A model generated the notes under the pieces. That model had not been told where the DNA came from, did no database searches, and worked only from the letters and a program-made list of their open reading frames with translations. The position numbers and the translations under genes are program-made. From the NCBI GenBank assembly GCA_026397725.1, contig JAPLUI010000182.1, forward strand, positions 747 through 64,746: a stretch of DNA of 64,000 nucleotides, written 5' to 3'. Every line of letters begins with the position of its first letter. Positions within the stretch are counted from its first letter, which is position 1. Positions 1-10,143 of the stretch are shown here, one piece after another. Origin of the DNA: Verrucomicrobiota bacterium. Lineage in GTDB: Bacteria; Verrucomicrobiota; Verrucomicrobiia; Verrucomicrobiales; Akkermansiaceae.

Positions 1-1556
1 TCGTCGAGCGTGCCGTCAAACACGGCAAGGACGCCCAGTCCATCGCCCAATTGGCCGAAGCCGCCAGTACCAGTCTCCGCCTGCGTTGCGCCGAGTCCTT
101 CGGCGCGGTCTTCCTCGTCCACGAAGTCGCCAAGGCCTGCGCCATTTCCAAAGCCCTGGGCGCTGGCGAGGATGCCAAGCTCGCCCTCTGGCAGGTCTGC
201 GCCCGCGTGCTGGCCCCCGCCACCTCCCTGCTGGCCATGATCCGCCTCGCCGGGCGTTGCGCCGCCCCGGCCTTGTTAGGATTCAGGACTTCATTCAACG
301 AGGACGATCTCTACGCCAACGGCGAATGGCTCGCCCCGCGACAAGCCAAAGTGGAAGCCAGATTATGGCGCGAAAACCCGCTTTCCGCCACCCCCTCCAA
401 AAGCCTCTTCCTCTACGACGTGACCAGTTCCTACTTCGAGGGACAACACAACGCCTTCGCCGATTTCGGCTACAACCGGGACAAGACCAAAGGCAAGAAA
501 CAACTCGTCATGGGCCTGCTGACAGACGAATCGGGCGAGCCGCTCAGCGTGAGCCTCTTTCCCGGAAACACCAGCGATCTGAACACCTTCAACACCCAAC
601 TCGAAAGCCTCAAGAACACCTTCGATCAGCAACACATCACGCTGGTGGGGGATCGCGGCATGATCCGCAAACCGCAGCAAGCGGCAGCCAACGAGGCCGG
701 ACACCACTACATCAGCGCACTTCACAAAGCCGAAATCCAAACCCTCCTCAAAGCCGGAGAATTGCAAATGGAGTTCTTCGAGAATACCGTCCACGAAACG
801 ACCCTTGAGGATGGACGCAGGCTCGTGACGCGCCGCAATCCCGCACGCTGTGAGGAAATCCAGACCGCCCGCCGCGGGTTCGAGGAGCGGTTGAGAGCAT
901 GGGTGGCAAAAGCCAACATCCATCTGCTGGAACACCCCAGAGCACGGGTGGCCACCCAACTCAAAAACGGCTCCCTGCGGCTCAAACGCGGCCATCTCAA
1001 CGTGTGGCTGCGCCTTGAAGCCGAGGCACGCACCCTGCGCCTGATGGCGGATGACGGGCTGCTCCAGGAGCACGCGAAGCTGGATGGCTGCTATGGGATC
1101 GTGAGCGACCTGCCCGTCGCCGTGGCGGACACCCAAACCGTGCATGACCGCTACAAGGATCTGGCCAAGGTGGAAGCCGACTTCCGGACCCTCAAACACG
1201 GGCACCTGGAGATCCGTCCCTGGTATGTGATCACCGAGGACAACACCCGGGCGCACGCGCTCACGGCGATGCTGGCCCTCAAGATCCGGCGGCGTCTGCA
1301 AAGCGCCTGGGAGCCGCTCAACCTCACCGTGGAGACCGCCACGGGCCAAACCGTGAGCCGTCAGATTCCCGATCCCACGGTCGGCCAGGCCAGCTTGCTG
1401 GCGGCCTTGGGCGTGGAATTGCCGGTGAAAGCCCCCCCGGCCGGGCCGGTTGTAGTCACGAGGGTGGAATTGCAAAAGCGTCGGAAATCATCCGCAAGCC
1501 TTTGATTTCAAGCGCTTTATGGACAAGAATGCATGATGCTTCGGCTGGAAGTTCCA
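1..1556 (+). mobile_element. IS1634-family insertion sequence (left end outside window)
   Basis: Contains a DDE transposase. The neighbouring LamG-domain ORF loses its domain-like sequence at about 1556, which marks the approximate right end. Confidence 0.8.
3..1505 (+). CDS. IS1634-family DDE transposase (5'-partial)
   Basis: The frame is open from base 3. Motifs LYDVTSSYFEG, FGYNRD, GNTSD, VGDRGM and YKDLAKVEADFRTLK..LEIRP are typical of IS1634/IS4-like transposases. Confidence 0.9.
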   Translation, partial: VERAVKHGKDAQSIAQLAEAASTSLRLRCAESFGAVFLVHEVAKACAISKALGAGEDAKLALWQVCARVLAPATSLLAMIRLAGRCAAPALLGFRTSFNEDDLYANGEWLAPRQAKVEARLWRENPLSATPSKSLFLYDVTSSYFEGQHNAFADFGYNRDKTKGKKQLVMGLLTDESGEPLSVSLFPGNTSDLNTFNTQLESLKNTFDQQHITLVGDRGMIRKPQQAAANEAGHHYISALHKAEIQTLLKAGELQMEFFENTVHETTLEDGRRLVTRRNPARCEEIQTARRGFEERLRAWVAKANIHLLEHPRARVATQLKNGSLRLKRGHLNVWLRLEAEARTLRLMADDGLLQEHAKLDGCYGIVSDLPVAVADTQTVHDRYKDLAKVEADFRTLKHGHLEIRPWYVITEDNTRAHALTAMLALKIRRRLQSAWEPLNLTVETATGQTVSRQIPDPTVGQASLLAALGVELPVKAPPAGPVVVTRVELQKRRKSSASL

Positions 1557-2217
1557 TCGGAAAGCTGGCGGCGGCGATGTCCCTGAACATCTGGGTGGAA
1601 ATCGTCGAGCGGTTGAGGGCCTGCTGGAAGATCGCCACCTCTTGGACCTCGCCCCAGAATTTGTCGCCTCCCTTGAAACCGCCGATCGAAAGGCCGTCGG
1701 TGTTGGAAACGGTGCCGATGTCCTGGGCATAGGACTGGATCGAGCGACCATCGATGTACGGCGTATAGTTCGTGCCGCTGCGGACGACGGCGAGGTGATA
1801 CCAGCGGTCGAGATAGGGTCGCGGGACCAAGACAATGGGGGTGAGACTGCCCGAGGTCCCGCGGGCGGTGAATTCGAGGTTGCCGGTATTGATGTTGAAA
1901 TAAATCCGGTAGGCGTGTGGCTGGTTCCAGTCTGTCGTGCGCCGGTTGGCAAGGACCGTCATGTTCTCAGACAGGGTGGTGTTGCTGGGCAGGGAGATCT
2001 TGACCCAGGCCATCACCGTGAGCGCGTTGGGAGTGGGAGTGATCGCGGGCGGATTCCAGCTCAGGGAGCCGGTGGTGTCCGTGACTTCAATGCGGACGTT
2101 GTCAGAGACAGTAACGGTCGTGGGGAACACCGCCGCTCTGGAAAGGGCTCCACCCATCAGCGCAAGAGACCAAAGAAGCGCGCCGACCCGACCGAAACAC
2201 AAGGGGATTGTTTTCAT
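1557..2217 (-). pseudogene. Secreted LamG/concanavalin-like domain protein truncated by the IS
   Basis: Signal peptide, then LTVMAWVK, WYHLAVV, YIDG, LSIGG and GEVQEVAIFQQAL (LamG jellyroll). The frame then reads into the IS end. Confidence 0.75.
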
Positions 2218-2577
2218 TGGTGCAGGAGCATGCTGCCGCATCACACGGAATACTGCAATCGATATCGTCGAATAATCGCGAATTTCCAGCCTGTCGGCCG
2301 AGGTGGCGTGGTTCCCGGAGAGGCCCTATGAGGCAAGCATGGCCCGAATGCAGAAAATAGCGGGAGACTCCTATTATCAGAGAATGTCTTGACGGCTGGT
2401 TGCGGTCAACGCTCCGGCACGTTTCTGCGGCTTGTAAGTAAGGATCGAATTTGCCGGAATTCATTCCTTGATGAGCGCCAACGGGAGACGCACGGCTCGA
2501 AAGACACAAGATCCAGGAGGAAGAGGGCGTCGTGCAGACCATGGACTTCGGCGCTCATAGATGGAATATGTTGCATC

Positions 2578-2850
2578 TTCACAGTTCCTGATCCCGGCGG
2601 AAAATGAGTTGGCACTGGTTGGCGTTTCAGACGAATTTGTGAATCATCCGCGCATGGGTTTCGGGTGGCAGCAGTGCCGATGCGCTGTCATGTCTTGCTC
2701 ATACTTGATCATTGAATGTTGGAAGTTGAATGTTGAATGTTGAATGTTGAAATCCTGGGCGGGCCTCATGGGAACCCCGCAGCTCTAACGGTTCAGCCAC
2801 AGCGGGGTGGCGGGCTGCGCCCTTCCCACCGCACTCCAGACTTTGGCTCT
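2578..2850 (-). repeat. Dispersed non-coding element, copy 1 (inverted relative to 14505-14771)
   Basis: TTCACAGTTCCTGATCCCGGCGGAAAATGAGTTG...(TTGAATG)n...CCCACCGCACTCCAGACTTTGGCT matches the reverse complement of 14505-14771. Confidence 0.9.
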
Positions 2851-3146
2851 GACAACAGTGACAAACCATGGCCTAACATCTCCGACCGGATGCCGCTCCC
2901 GGCACCCCCCGGAAGGTGCCAAGTCATGGTCCGGGATGCATTGCCAATTCCTTGTCAATTCAAGGTCCAGCCCGGGAAGTATGCATTGGCAGATCCACGT
3001 CCCCGGAAGCGTGCGCAACGCTCGCGACCGGGATTACGACCCTGAATGACAGACTTTGAATGACTTGCCTGTGGTTGGGGGAGCGTGTATGCAGGGAGCC
3101 CCGCCTGCTTCCGGCGGGCTGAATTGACCATTCCACTGCCACCGCC

Positions 3147-3665
3147 ATGCCCGACTCCCTCCGCGCCGCCATTCGAGATGTTGTTGATTTTCCCACACCG
3201 GGGATTGTGTTCAAGGACATCACCCCGATCCTTGCCGATGGCAAGTTGTTCAGCAAGTCCATCAGCCTGCTCTGCGAGACCGCAGGCGGTGCCAGGATTG
3301 ACAAGGTGGTGGGCATTGATGCCCGCGGGTTCATCTTTGCAAGCGCGGTGGCAGATCGCCTCGGGGTCGGTTTGGTGCCCGTGCGCAAGAAGGGCAAGCT
3401 GCCCTGGAAAACCCGCCAATGCGCCTACGCACTCGAATATGGCGAGGCCATCATGGAACTCCATGAGGACGCCGTGAAACCCGGCGAGTCAATTCTGCTG
3501 GTGGACGATCTGCTCGCTACCGGAGGCACCGCCGCCGCCGCCGTCAAACTGCTTGATGAACTTGGGGCCAATTTGATAGGCATCTCGTTTCTCATCGAAC
3601 TGTCGATCCTCGGCGGACGGAGCAAAATCGCGCCGCACCCTATCTCCTCGATCATCATTTATTGA
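3147..3665 (+). CDS. apt: Adenine phosphoribosyltransferase
   Basis: DFPTPGIVFKDITP, ARGF, RKKGKLP, YALEYG and the PRPP-binding motif VDDLLATGGT. Confidence 0.97.
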   Translation: MPDSLRAAIRDVVDFPTPGIVFKDITPILADGKLFSKSISLLCETAGGARIDKVVGIDARGFIFASAVADRLGVGLVPVRKKGKLPWKTRQCAYALEYGEAIMELHEDAVKPGESILLVDDLLATGGTAAAAVKLLDELGANLIGISFLIELSILGGRSKIAPHPISSIIIY

Positions 3666-3807
3666 AGCCGGGGTGATCGAACCCGGCTCATTCCTGCTTG
3701 CCGAGAGCCTTGACCGGCTGTCGCGCACGGACATCACCTGCGCCCTCCAGATGTTCCCCGGCCTCATCCATGCCGCGTGAATTGCTTGCATGATTTTTCA
3801 CCTTGAG

Positions 3808-4165
3808 TTATCGGACCCGCCCCCAGGCCCTGGCGGTGACGGGAAACATCGACACCCGGAACTTGGCGCAGCCGTAGGGAATGAGTTCGATCATCCCGCC
3901 GCCCTTGCCCGCCACCGGGCCATTTGGCAGCGTACATTGATGCGTATCCCCGGCCTCCCAGTCGATGACCTGGGCTGGAACTGTTCGTGTTACCGGCGCC
4001 GCGTATGGCCAGTCCCACTTGGCGGGCATGGCATGGCGCTTGATCGTCATGCCATCCGTCGGCCGGTCGCTCACGAAGCCATTGATCGATTCGGCACTCC
4101 CGGCATCCGCTCCGGTGACCTTGAACACAGGCTGCGGGCACCAGCCAGGCACGCGGAAACACGCG
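3808..4165 (-). pseudogene. C-terminal remnant of a GH127-like glycoside hydrolase
   Basis: FRVPGWC and IELIPYGCAKFRVSMFP resemble GH127 C-terminal motifs. No catalytic domain or credible start is present. Confidence 0.5.
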
Positions 4166-4366
4166 GAAAAATTTGAGAAAGTACCTGGAACCATATGCAT
4201 GGAACCATATGCATGCTTCAGAAACCGACCGATTTGTTTAGCCCGAGGTGCTGTTCCGTACTGCCATAAGCGCTCAACCTTCAAACATGAAATCACCCTG
4301 TTTCCGGGGTGGTGCCGGGGGCTTTTCCAATTGACTGCGCATTGCTGTTGACCACCCCGGCAATAA

Positions 4367-5326
4367 ATGCCATCACCGCGCGACGTGAAAAAGTATCTCC
4401 AATCCGGTATCATTCTCCTCCTCATGATGTGGCTCGTGGGGGCCCTCATTTACCTGTCGTCAACGGAAGACAAACTTCATGCAGCCGCCAAGCTGAAGCT
4501 GGAGGATACGAAGAATGACGGCGTTTTTGCCAGGGTCCAGGTCCAGTTCAAAGGTCAGGAGGCCAGCCTCTCCGGCCCGGTGGCGACGCCGGAGGAAAAG
4601 GCGCAAGCGGAAGCACTCATCAAAACCAAGATTCGTCTGCCGGGTTGGTTCACAGCCAACATCAATCCGGTCACCGCGGTTCACAATCAGATCACGATTG
4701 ATCCCGAGCACGCGCCATACCGGCCGCGTCCGTGGCTGATCGTGTCCCTCTTCGGCGGCAATCAGCGTGTCGATGGCGTGTTGAAATCCCCGGAGCAACG
4801 GCAGGAGTTGCTCGTTGCCATCGCCGCCAAACTGCCAGCTCCCACCACCCCGCTCAACAATCAGATCTCCATCGCGGAAAAGGCCCTCCCCTGCGCGGAC
4901 TGGGACGCCACGCACACCGGCATTCCCGACCTAAGCGCCACTCCGCAGGGCCAGTCCACCATCGCCGTCTCGCCTTGTGATGGACAATGGAGCACCTTCC
5001 CTGCCACCGTGAGCGACTTGGAAATCGCCGCCGCCCTCAAGTCCAGCAAGGTTCCCATCATGGAGATCACCCACGCCCTCGCCAAGCTCCGTTCATGGAA
5101 GAATCCCACCCCGGAGGAATTGAAACAACAGGCTGATCGGAAAGCCGCCGATGCCGCCGCCGCCGATGCCGCCGCCGCCAAGGCCGCCGCCGCCAAGGCC
5201 GAAACCGAGACCGACGCTGCCAAAGCCAAGGCCAAGGCCGACGCCGCAGCAGAAGCCGCTGGCAGTGCTCCCGCCGCGCCCCCCACCAGCGGTTCCGGGC
5301 CCGTCGTGCCTGACAAGACTCCCTGA
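4367..5326 (+). CDS. Membrane-anchored BON-like domain protein with Ala/Lys-rich tail
   Basis: N-terminal TM helix; VQVQFKGQEASLSGPVATPEEKAQAE...VHNQI resembles a BON domain. Confidence 0.65.
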   Translation: MPSPRDVKKYLQSGIILLLMMWLVGALIYLSSTEDKLHAAAKLKLEDTKNDGVFARVQVQFKGQEASLSGPVATPEEKAQAEALIKTKIRLPGWFTANINPVTAVHNQITIDPEHAPYRPRPWLIVSLFGGNQRVDGVLKSPEQRQELLVAIAAKLPAPTTPLNNQISIAEKALPCADWDATHTGIPDLSATPQGQSTIAVSPCDGQWSTFPATVSDLEIAAALKSSKVPIMEITHALAKLRSWKNPTPEELKQQADRKAADAAAADAAAAKAAAAKAETETDAAKAKAKADAAAEAAGSAPAAPPTSGSGPVVPDKTP

Positions 5327-5415
5327 GGCCCGGCCCGCAACCGCAGGTTGCCGCCATGCTCAAAGGGGCAGCCCCCCAACCTTATTCGTATCAACTCTCA
5401 TCCCCACATCCAACT

Positions 5416-7074
5416 ATGAACTCAGGAAACATCTGGTTTGTCATCAAACTCCTCCCACTCCTTGTCATCACCGCCGCCGTCTTCGGCATGTTAGGCTGGT
5501 GGTTGCGCCGCAAGTTCCACGCCCCCGTTGTCGCCAGCAACAAACCCCGCGAGCAGGACGACCTCCCCGCCCGTGAGCGCGTCAAAAAACTCGAACATGC
5601 CCTGGCCAAGTCCGAGTCGACCCAACAATCCCTCAAACACGACCTCGATACCATCCGGACCAAATCGGTCTCCAAGACTGCGCTCGACAAGGCCGGCAAG
5701 GATCTGGCCGAAGCCCAGCACCGTCTCGACGCCGACCTGAAGCGCATCCAGGCCCTTGAGGCGGATCTCAAGAAAACCCGCGACTCCCTCAATGCCCTCA
5801 ATTCCACCTCCGTGGAGGCGAACCGAGGCCAGCGTGAGCGCACCTTCGCCCTGGAGAACGAGCTTTCCAAAACTCGCGGTGCCCTGGCCATTCTCGAAGC
5901 CCGCCCGGACAGCACCCTGGCGCTCCAAGCGGAAATCGACCGCCTGCGCGAGGCTCTAACCAATTCAACCCGCGTGGTCGGCGATCTGCGCAAACAGGAA
6001 ACCGCCGCCACGCAAGCCCTGGCCAAGTGCCAGGCCCAACTCGAAGCTGCCACCGCACGCATTCCCGCTGCCGAGGCGCTCGGTGGCGTCAGTCTCCTCC
6101 CTGCCATGGAGATGGCCGAGCGCAGGCCCAACAAGGCCGGTCGATCCGCCGGTGCCGCCGACAAGGTTGCCGACGCCAATGCGGAAGTGGAGCGCCTCAA
6201 TGCGCTCAACGCCCAAAAAGAAGCCGAACGTCTCGCCGCAGAGCAGGCCGCTATCGCCAGGACTGACCAGGAACGCCTTGATGCCGAAAAATCCGCCCGC
6301 GAGAAGGCAGCTCAACAAAAGCTCGCCGCCGAGCAAGCCGCCGCCAAGCAGGCGGAACACGACCGTCTGGCCGCCGAGCAAGCCGCCGCCGAGCAGGCCG
6401 AGCAAGACCGTCTAGCCGCCGAGCAGGCCGCCGCCGAGCAGGCGGAACAAGAACGCCTGGCCGCCGAGCAGGCCGAGCAAGAACGTCTAGCAGCCGAGCA
6501 GGCCGAGCAAGAACGTCTAGCCGCCGCGCAGGCGGAACAAGAACGTCTAGCTGCCGAGCAGGCGGAACAAGACCGTCTAGCCACCGAACAAGCCGCCGCC
6601 GCGCAGGCGGAACAAGAACGCCTGGCCGCCGAGCAGGCCGAGCAAGAACGTCTAGCCGCCGCGCAGGCGGAACAAGACCGTCTGGCCGCCGAGCAAGCCG
6701 AGCAAGAACGTCTAGCTGCCGAGCAGGCGGAACAAGACCGTCTGGCCGCCGAGCAGGCCGCTGCCGTGAAGGCTGAGCAAGACCGCCTAGCCGCCGAGCA
6801 AGCTGCCGCCGAGCAGGCGGAACAAGACCGTCTGGCCGCCGAACAAGCAGCCGCCGTGAAGGCTGAGCAAGACCGCCTAGCAGCCGAGCAAGCCGCCGCC
6901 GCGCAGGCGGAACAAGACCGCCTAGCCGCCAAGCAAGCTGCCGCCGCGAGGGCTGAGCAAGACCGTCTGGCCGCCGAGCCAGTAGCTGCCGAGCAGTCAG
7001 AGCAAGCGCCCCATGCCGCCGAAAGCGCGGCTGCCGCTGCCGATGTCAAATCGGAAGAACCCAAAGCCGGTTAG
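5416..7074 (+). CDS. Membrane-anchored coiled-coil protein with AEQERLAAEQ tandem repeats
   Basis: N-terminal TM helix, long coiled coil, then many 10- and 15-aa repeats. Confidence 0.85.
   Translation: MNSGNIWFVIKLLPLLVITAAVFGMLGWWLRRKFHAPVVASNKPREQDDLPARERVKKLEHALAKSESTQQSLKHDLDTIRTKSVSKTALDKAGKDLAEAQHRLDADLKRIQALEADLKKTRDSLNALNSTSVEANRGQRERTFALENELSKTRGALAILEARPDSTLALQAEIDRLREALTNSTRVVGDLRKQETAATQALAKCQAQLEAATARIPAAEALGGVSLLPAMEMAERRPNKAGRSAGAADKVADANAEVERLNALNAQKEAERLAAEQAAIARTDQERLDAEKSAREKAAQQKLAAEQAAAKQAEHDRLAAEQAAAEQAEQDRLAAEQAAAEQAEQERLAAEQAEQERLAAEQAEQERLAAAQAEQERLAAEQAEQDRLATEQAAAAQAEQERLAAEQAEQERLAAAQAEQDRLAAEQAEQERLAAEQAEQDRLAAEQAAAVKAEQDRLAAEQAAAEQAEQDRLAAEQAAAVKAEQDRLAAEQAAAAQAEQDRLAAKQAAAARAEQDRLAAEPVAAEQSEQAPHAAESAAAAADVKSEEPKAG
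6320..6980 (+). repeat. Coding tandem repeats of 30/45 bp (AEQ[E/D]RLAAEQ[AAA])
   Basis: Repeated GAGCAGGCGGAACAAGACCGTCTGGCCGCC-type units. Confidence 0.95.
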
Positions 7075-7540
7075 AAAAAACCTGCCAGCGGCATGGTGCG
7101 GAACAGCCTCACTGCTTCGCCTTGTCGAAGGCCGCGTCAAACGCGATGTTGCTGGACGGGAAGTCCACATTGCGCACGAACGAGGAGGCTTCCAAGGCAC
7201 CATGCACGCTGGCCGCCGAGCAAGCCGCCGCCAAGCAGGCTGAGCAAGAACGTCTAGCAGCCGAACAAGCTGCCGCCGCGAAGGCTGAACAAGACCGTCT
7301 AGCCGCCGAGCCGGTAGCTGCCGAGCAGTCAGCGCAAGAGCCCCATGCTGCCGCAAGCACGGCTGCCGTTGCCGATGTCAAATCGGAAGAACCCAAAGCC
7401 GGTTAGAAAAAACCTGCCAGCGGCATGGTGCGGAACAGTCTCACTGCTTCGCCTTGTCGAAGGCCGCGTCAAACGCGATGTTGCTGGACGGGAAGTCCAC
7501 ATTGCGCACGAACGAAGAGGCTTCCGAGGCGCCATGCACG
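6877..7540. repeat. Diverged 332-bp tandem duplication covering the 3' ends of two convergent genes
   Basis: 6877-7208 is similar to 7209-7540. The stop codons at 7074/7406 and at 7109/7441 are each offset by 332 bp. Confidence 0.95.
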
Positions 7541-8484
7541 CGGTCCATGCGGATGTCTTCCCACTCCACGGAAAGGGGTCCGCGATAGCCGGTGTCATTG
7601 AGCGCAACAATGATGTCCTCGAACTCGATATCGCCATGACCCAGCGAGCGGAAATCCCAGAACCGGCTGGCATCGCCGAAGTTGGTGTGGCCGCCGAACA
7701 CCCCGACGGTGCCGTCACCGTGGCTCCACCACACATCCTTCATGTGAACATGGAAAATCCGCGCGGCAAACTCCCGGATGAATTTCACATAGTCCACCCC
7801 CTGATAGCCCAGATGCGACGGATCGTAGTTGAAGCCAAAGCGCTGGTGGTTGCCCACCGCCGCGAGCGCGCGCTTGGCCGAGGCGATGTCGAAGGCGATT
7901 TCGGTCGGGTGGACTTCCAGGGCGAAGTTCACGTCCGCCTTATCGAAGGCGTCAAGGATCGGGAGCCAGCGTTTGGCGAAGTCCGTGAAGCCCTTGGCAT
8001 AGTACTCCTGGGAAGTTGGCGGAAACGCATAGATGGAATGCCAGATGGACGAACCGGTGAAGCCGTTGACCACCGCCGGGAAGTCATCCTTGCCCTTGCG
8101 GCCGGGCTTGGCATTGAAAAACGCGCGGGCCGCCTTGGCCGTGGCGATCATCTGCTTGGCGGCGCGTTTTCTAACTCCTTCAGGACTGCCATCGCCCCAC
8201 ACTGCGGGTGAGAGGATCGCCTGGTGGCGTTCGTCAATCAAATCGCACACCGCCTGGCCCACGAGGTGATTGGAAACGGCGAAACAGGTGAGGCCGTGAT
8301 CGGCCAGCAATTCCCATTTTTCCTTCACATAGGATTTCTTGGCAAGAGCGGCGTCCACATCGAAGTGGTCGCCCCAGCAGGCGAGTTCAAGACCATCATA
8401 ACCCATCTCGCAAGCGAGCGGGGCGAGTTGTTCGAGCGGCAGATCGGCCCATTGGCCGGTGAAGAGCGTGACTGGACGTGGCAT
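7441..8484 (-). CDS. Sugar phosphate isomerase/epimerase (AP-endonuclease-2 TIM barrel)
   Basis: [48 protein letters not shown]. Confidence 0.92.
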   Translation of the reverse strand: MPRPVTLFTGQWADLPLEQLAPLACEMGYDGLELACWGDHFDVDAALAKKSYVKEKWELLADHGLTCFAVSNHLVGQAVCDLIDERHQAILSPAVWGDGSPEGVRKRAAKQMIATAKAARAFFNAKPGRKGKDDFPAVVNGFTGSSIWHSIYAFPPTSQEYYAKGFTDFAKRWLPILDAFDKADVNFALEVHPTEIAFDIASAKRALAAVGNHQRFGFNYDPSHLGYQGVDYVKFIREFAARIFHVHMKDVWWSHGDGTVGVFGGHTNFGDASRFWDFRSLGHGDIEFEDIIVALNDTGYRGPLSVEWEDIRMDRVHGASEASSFVRNVDFPSSNIAFDAAFDKAKQ

Positions 8485-8559
8485 GACTGATTGAGGTTGG
8501 GGTTGGGGCTGGCGAGATTGTATCGAGACCGCGAGCCGAACTAAAGAAAAAACTTTGCT

Positions 8560-9405
8560 TCAGAGAAGAATCGTGCGCCGCACCTCCGCCTCCCACAAGG
8601 CGCGGATGCGGGACCCCAGTTGCGACGGCGGCAGTCGCCGCGTGCCGACGCGGGACACCGCCACCGGGCCGCGCGTCGCGGAGGTGAGAAAGACCTCCTC
8701 GGCAGCCTCCAGATCGGGCTGCCGGAGTTGCACCTCACTGCCGGAAATCCCATCCCGCGCGGCGAGTTCGAGCACCACCTCGCGAGCAATGCCCGCCAGA
8801 CAACCTGAGGTCAGCGGTGGTGTCTGCAGCACGCCGTCTCTAACAAGAAAGACGTTCGCCGTGGCGGCCTCGCACAAGTCTCCTGCGGTGTTGAAGAACA
8901 GGGCTTCATCAAACCCGGCACGCCGTGCCTGATCGAGCGCCACCAGGTTTTCCGCATACGAGGCGCATTTCAATCCGGCCAGCGCCCCGCGTTCGTTACG
9001 CGGCCAGGGGGCATGCGCCAGCGTCAGACTGGCGGGTGATTCCGCCAGCGGCGAGGCCACCATCCACACCAAACGATCCGCGCCGCAGGCGACATCCGCG
9101 AGGGTACCGCTGCCCCCGCTGACAGCCAGGCGGATGCGGGCCCGCCCGGTGGCGAGACCTGCGCGGTGCAACAAGTGCGCCATGGTTTCCGGCAAATCCG
9201 CAAAGCTGGCATGCGGAGCCGCCCATCCGAATCTCGCGCAGCCCGCGCCAAGCCGGGCGAGGTGGCGCTCGCAAAACACCGCCTTGCCATCCATGCCCAG
9301 CAGCGTCTCGAACAGGCCCAAGCCCAGCATCGCCCCACGATCCAGCAGCGAGGCCGGAAAGGCGCCCGCCTCTATCCATTGTCCGTTGCACCACAGCCTG
9401 CTCAT
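8560..9405 (-). CDS. Aminotransferase class IV (aminodeoxychorismate lyase/BCAT-like)
   Basis: DRG..LG.GLFET, HLARL, LKCASYAEN, EAATANVF, CLAGIAR. Confidence 0.9.
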   Translation of the reverse strand: MSRLWCNGQWIEAGAFPASLLDRGAMLGLGLFETLLGMDGKAVFCERHLARLGAGCARFGWAAPHASFADLPETMAHLLHRAGLATGRARIRLAVSGGSGTLADVACGADRLVWMVASPLAESPASLTLAHAPWPRNERGALAGLKCASYAENLVALDQARRAGFDEALFFNTAGDLCEAATANVFLVRDGVLQTPPLTSGCLAGIAREVVLELAARDGISGSEVQLRQPDLEAAEEVFLTSATRGPVAVSRVGTRRLPPSQLGSRIRALWEAEVRRTILL

Positions 9406-9578
9406 CGGCACCGATGCTGCCCGGATTGCCACACTTGTAAACCCTGGACCCCGACACCCCGCGCAAGCCTGCGGAACATTCCCCATGATTCAGTCCCAAT
9501 TACCAGCTTGGCTGAATTGCGGCACCGGACTAAATTCAGCCACGGCACCCAAGCCCACGAATCCTTCTCTCCCAAAAA

Positions 9579-9965
9579 ATGCGCATCCAGATTTTCGGCT
9601 CCGGTTTCGCGGTTCTCGCCCTCGGCTGCGCGGCCATGCACATCCTCGAAAGGCCTGCGGCATACGGTTTTCTCACCGGCGCGCTCACCCTCGGTGGGGC
9701 CTTGATCCTCTGCGGCTTGTTCTCACTCCGCAACCGTTGGCATGGCATCATCGGTGCCGGAGTGCTTGCCCTGCTCGGCGCGTCCCGCGGCATTGAAAAC
9801 CTTGCCGCCCTGCCGAAGTTCTGGTTAGGCGAGCGCGGCTGCGGCCCGGCGCTCCTGTTGGAATCCGCCGTCGCCCTCATCTGCATCCTGCTGCTCAGCC
9901 GCGTCGTGCGCACCCTCTTGGCGGAAAAGAAACGACGGCTGCTGGCAGAGGAGAAAGACGATTAG
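9579..9965 (+). CDS. Hypothetical 4-TM membrane protein
   Basis: ATG start and four hydrophobic segments; fills the intergenic gap. Confidence 0.75.
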   Translation: MRIQIFGSGFAVLALGCAAMHILERPAAYGFLTGALTLGGALILCGLFSLRNRWHGIIGAGVLALLGASRGIENLAALPKFWLGERGCGPALLLESAVALICILLLSRVVRTLLAEKKRRLLAEEKDD

Positions 9966-10030
9966 CCCGGCGGCGGGCCACCCCATACTATCCGGTTTGC
10001 CATGGAGCACAGTCGTCTCGGCTGGCTCTT

Positions 10031-10086
10031 GATCAGGTAAGAGCAAGACATGACACCGCATCGGCACTGCTGCCACCCGCAAACCC
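10031..10086 (+). repeat. Partial third copy of the dispersed non-coding element
   Basis: GATCAGGTAAGAGCAAGACATGACACCGCATCGGCACTGCTGCCACCCGCAAACCC is nearly identical to 14637-14692. Confidence 0.9.
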
Positions 10087-10143
10087 GGCAGCCCCGGAGG
10101 TGGCTCCTGCCGCAGGATTCTTCATCACGGATTCCGGCCCCGG

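Noticed and set aside
2713-2752. TTGAATG tract as CRISPR or iterons
   Set aside because: It is a short heptamer run within the dispersed element, with no spacers and no rep gene.
6320-6980. Possible CRISPR array
   Set aside because: The units are in-frame coding repeats with no unique spacers, and there are no cas genes.
7122-7406. 94-aa ORF as an independent gene
   Set aside because: It is a by-product of the 332-bp duplication: antisense isomerase sequence joined to the repeat tail.
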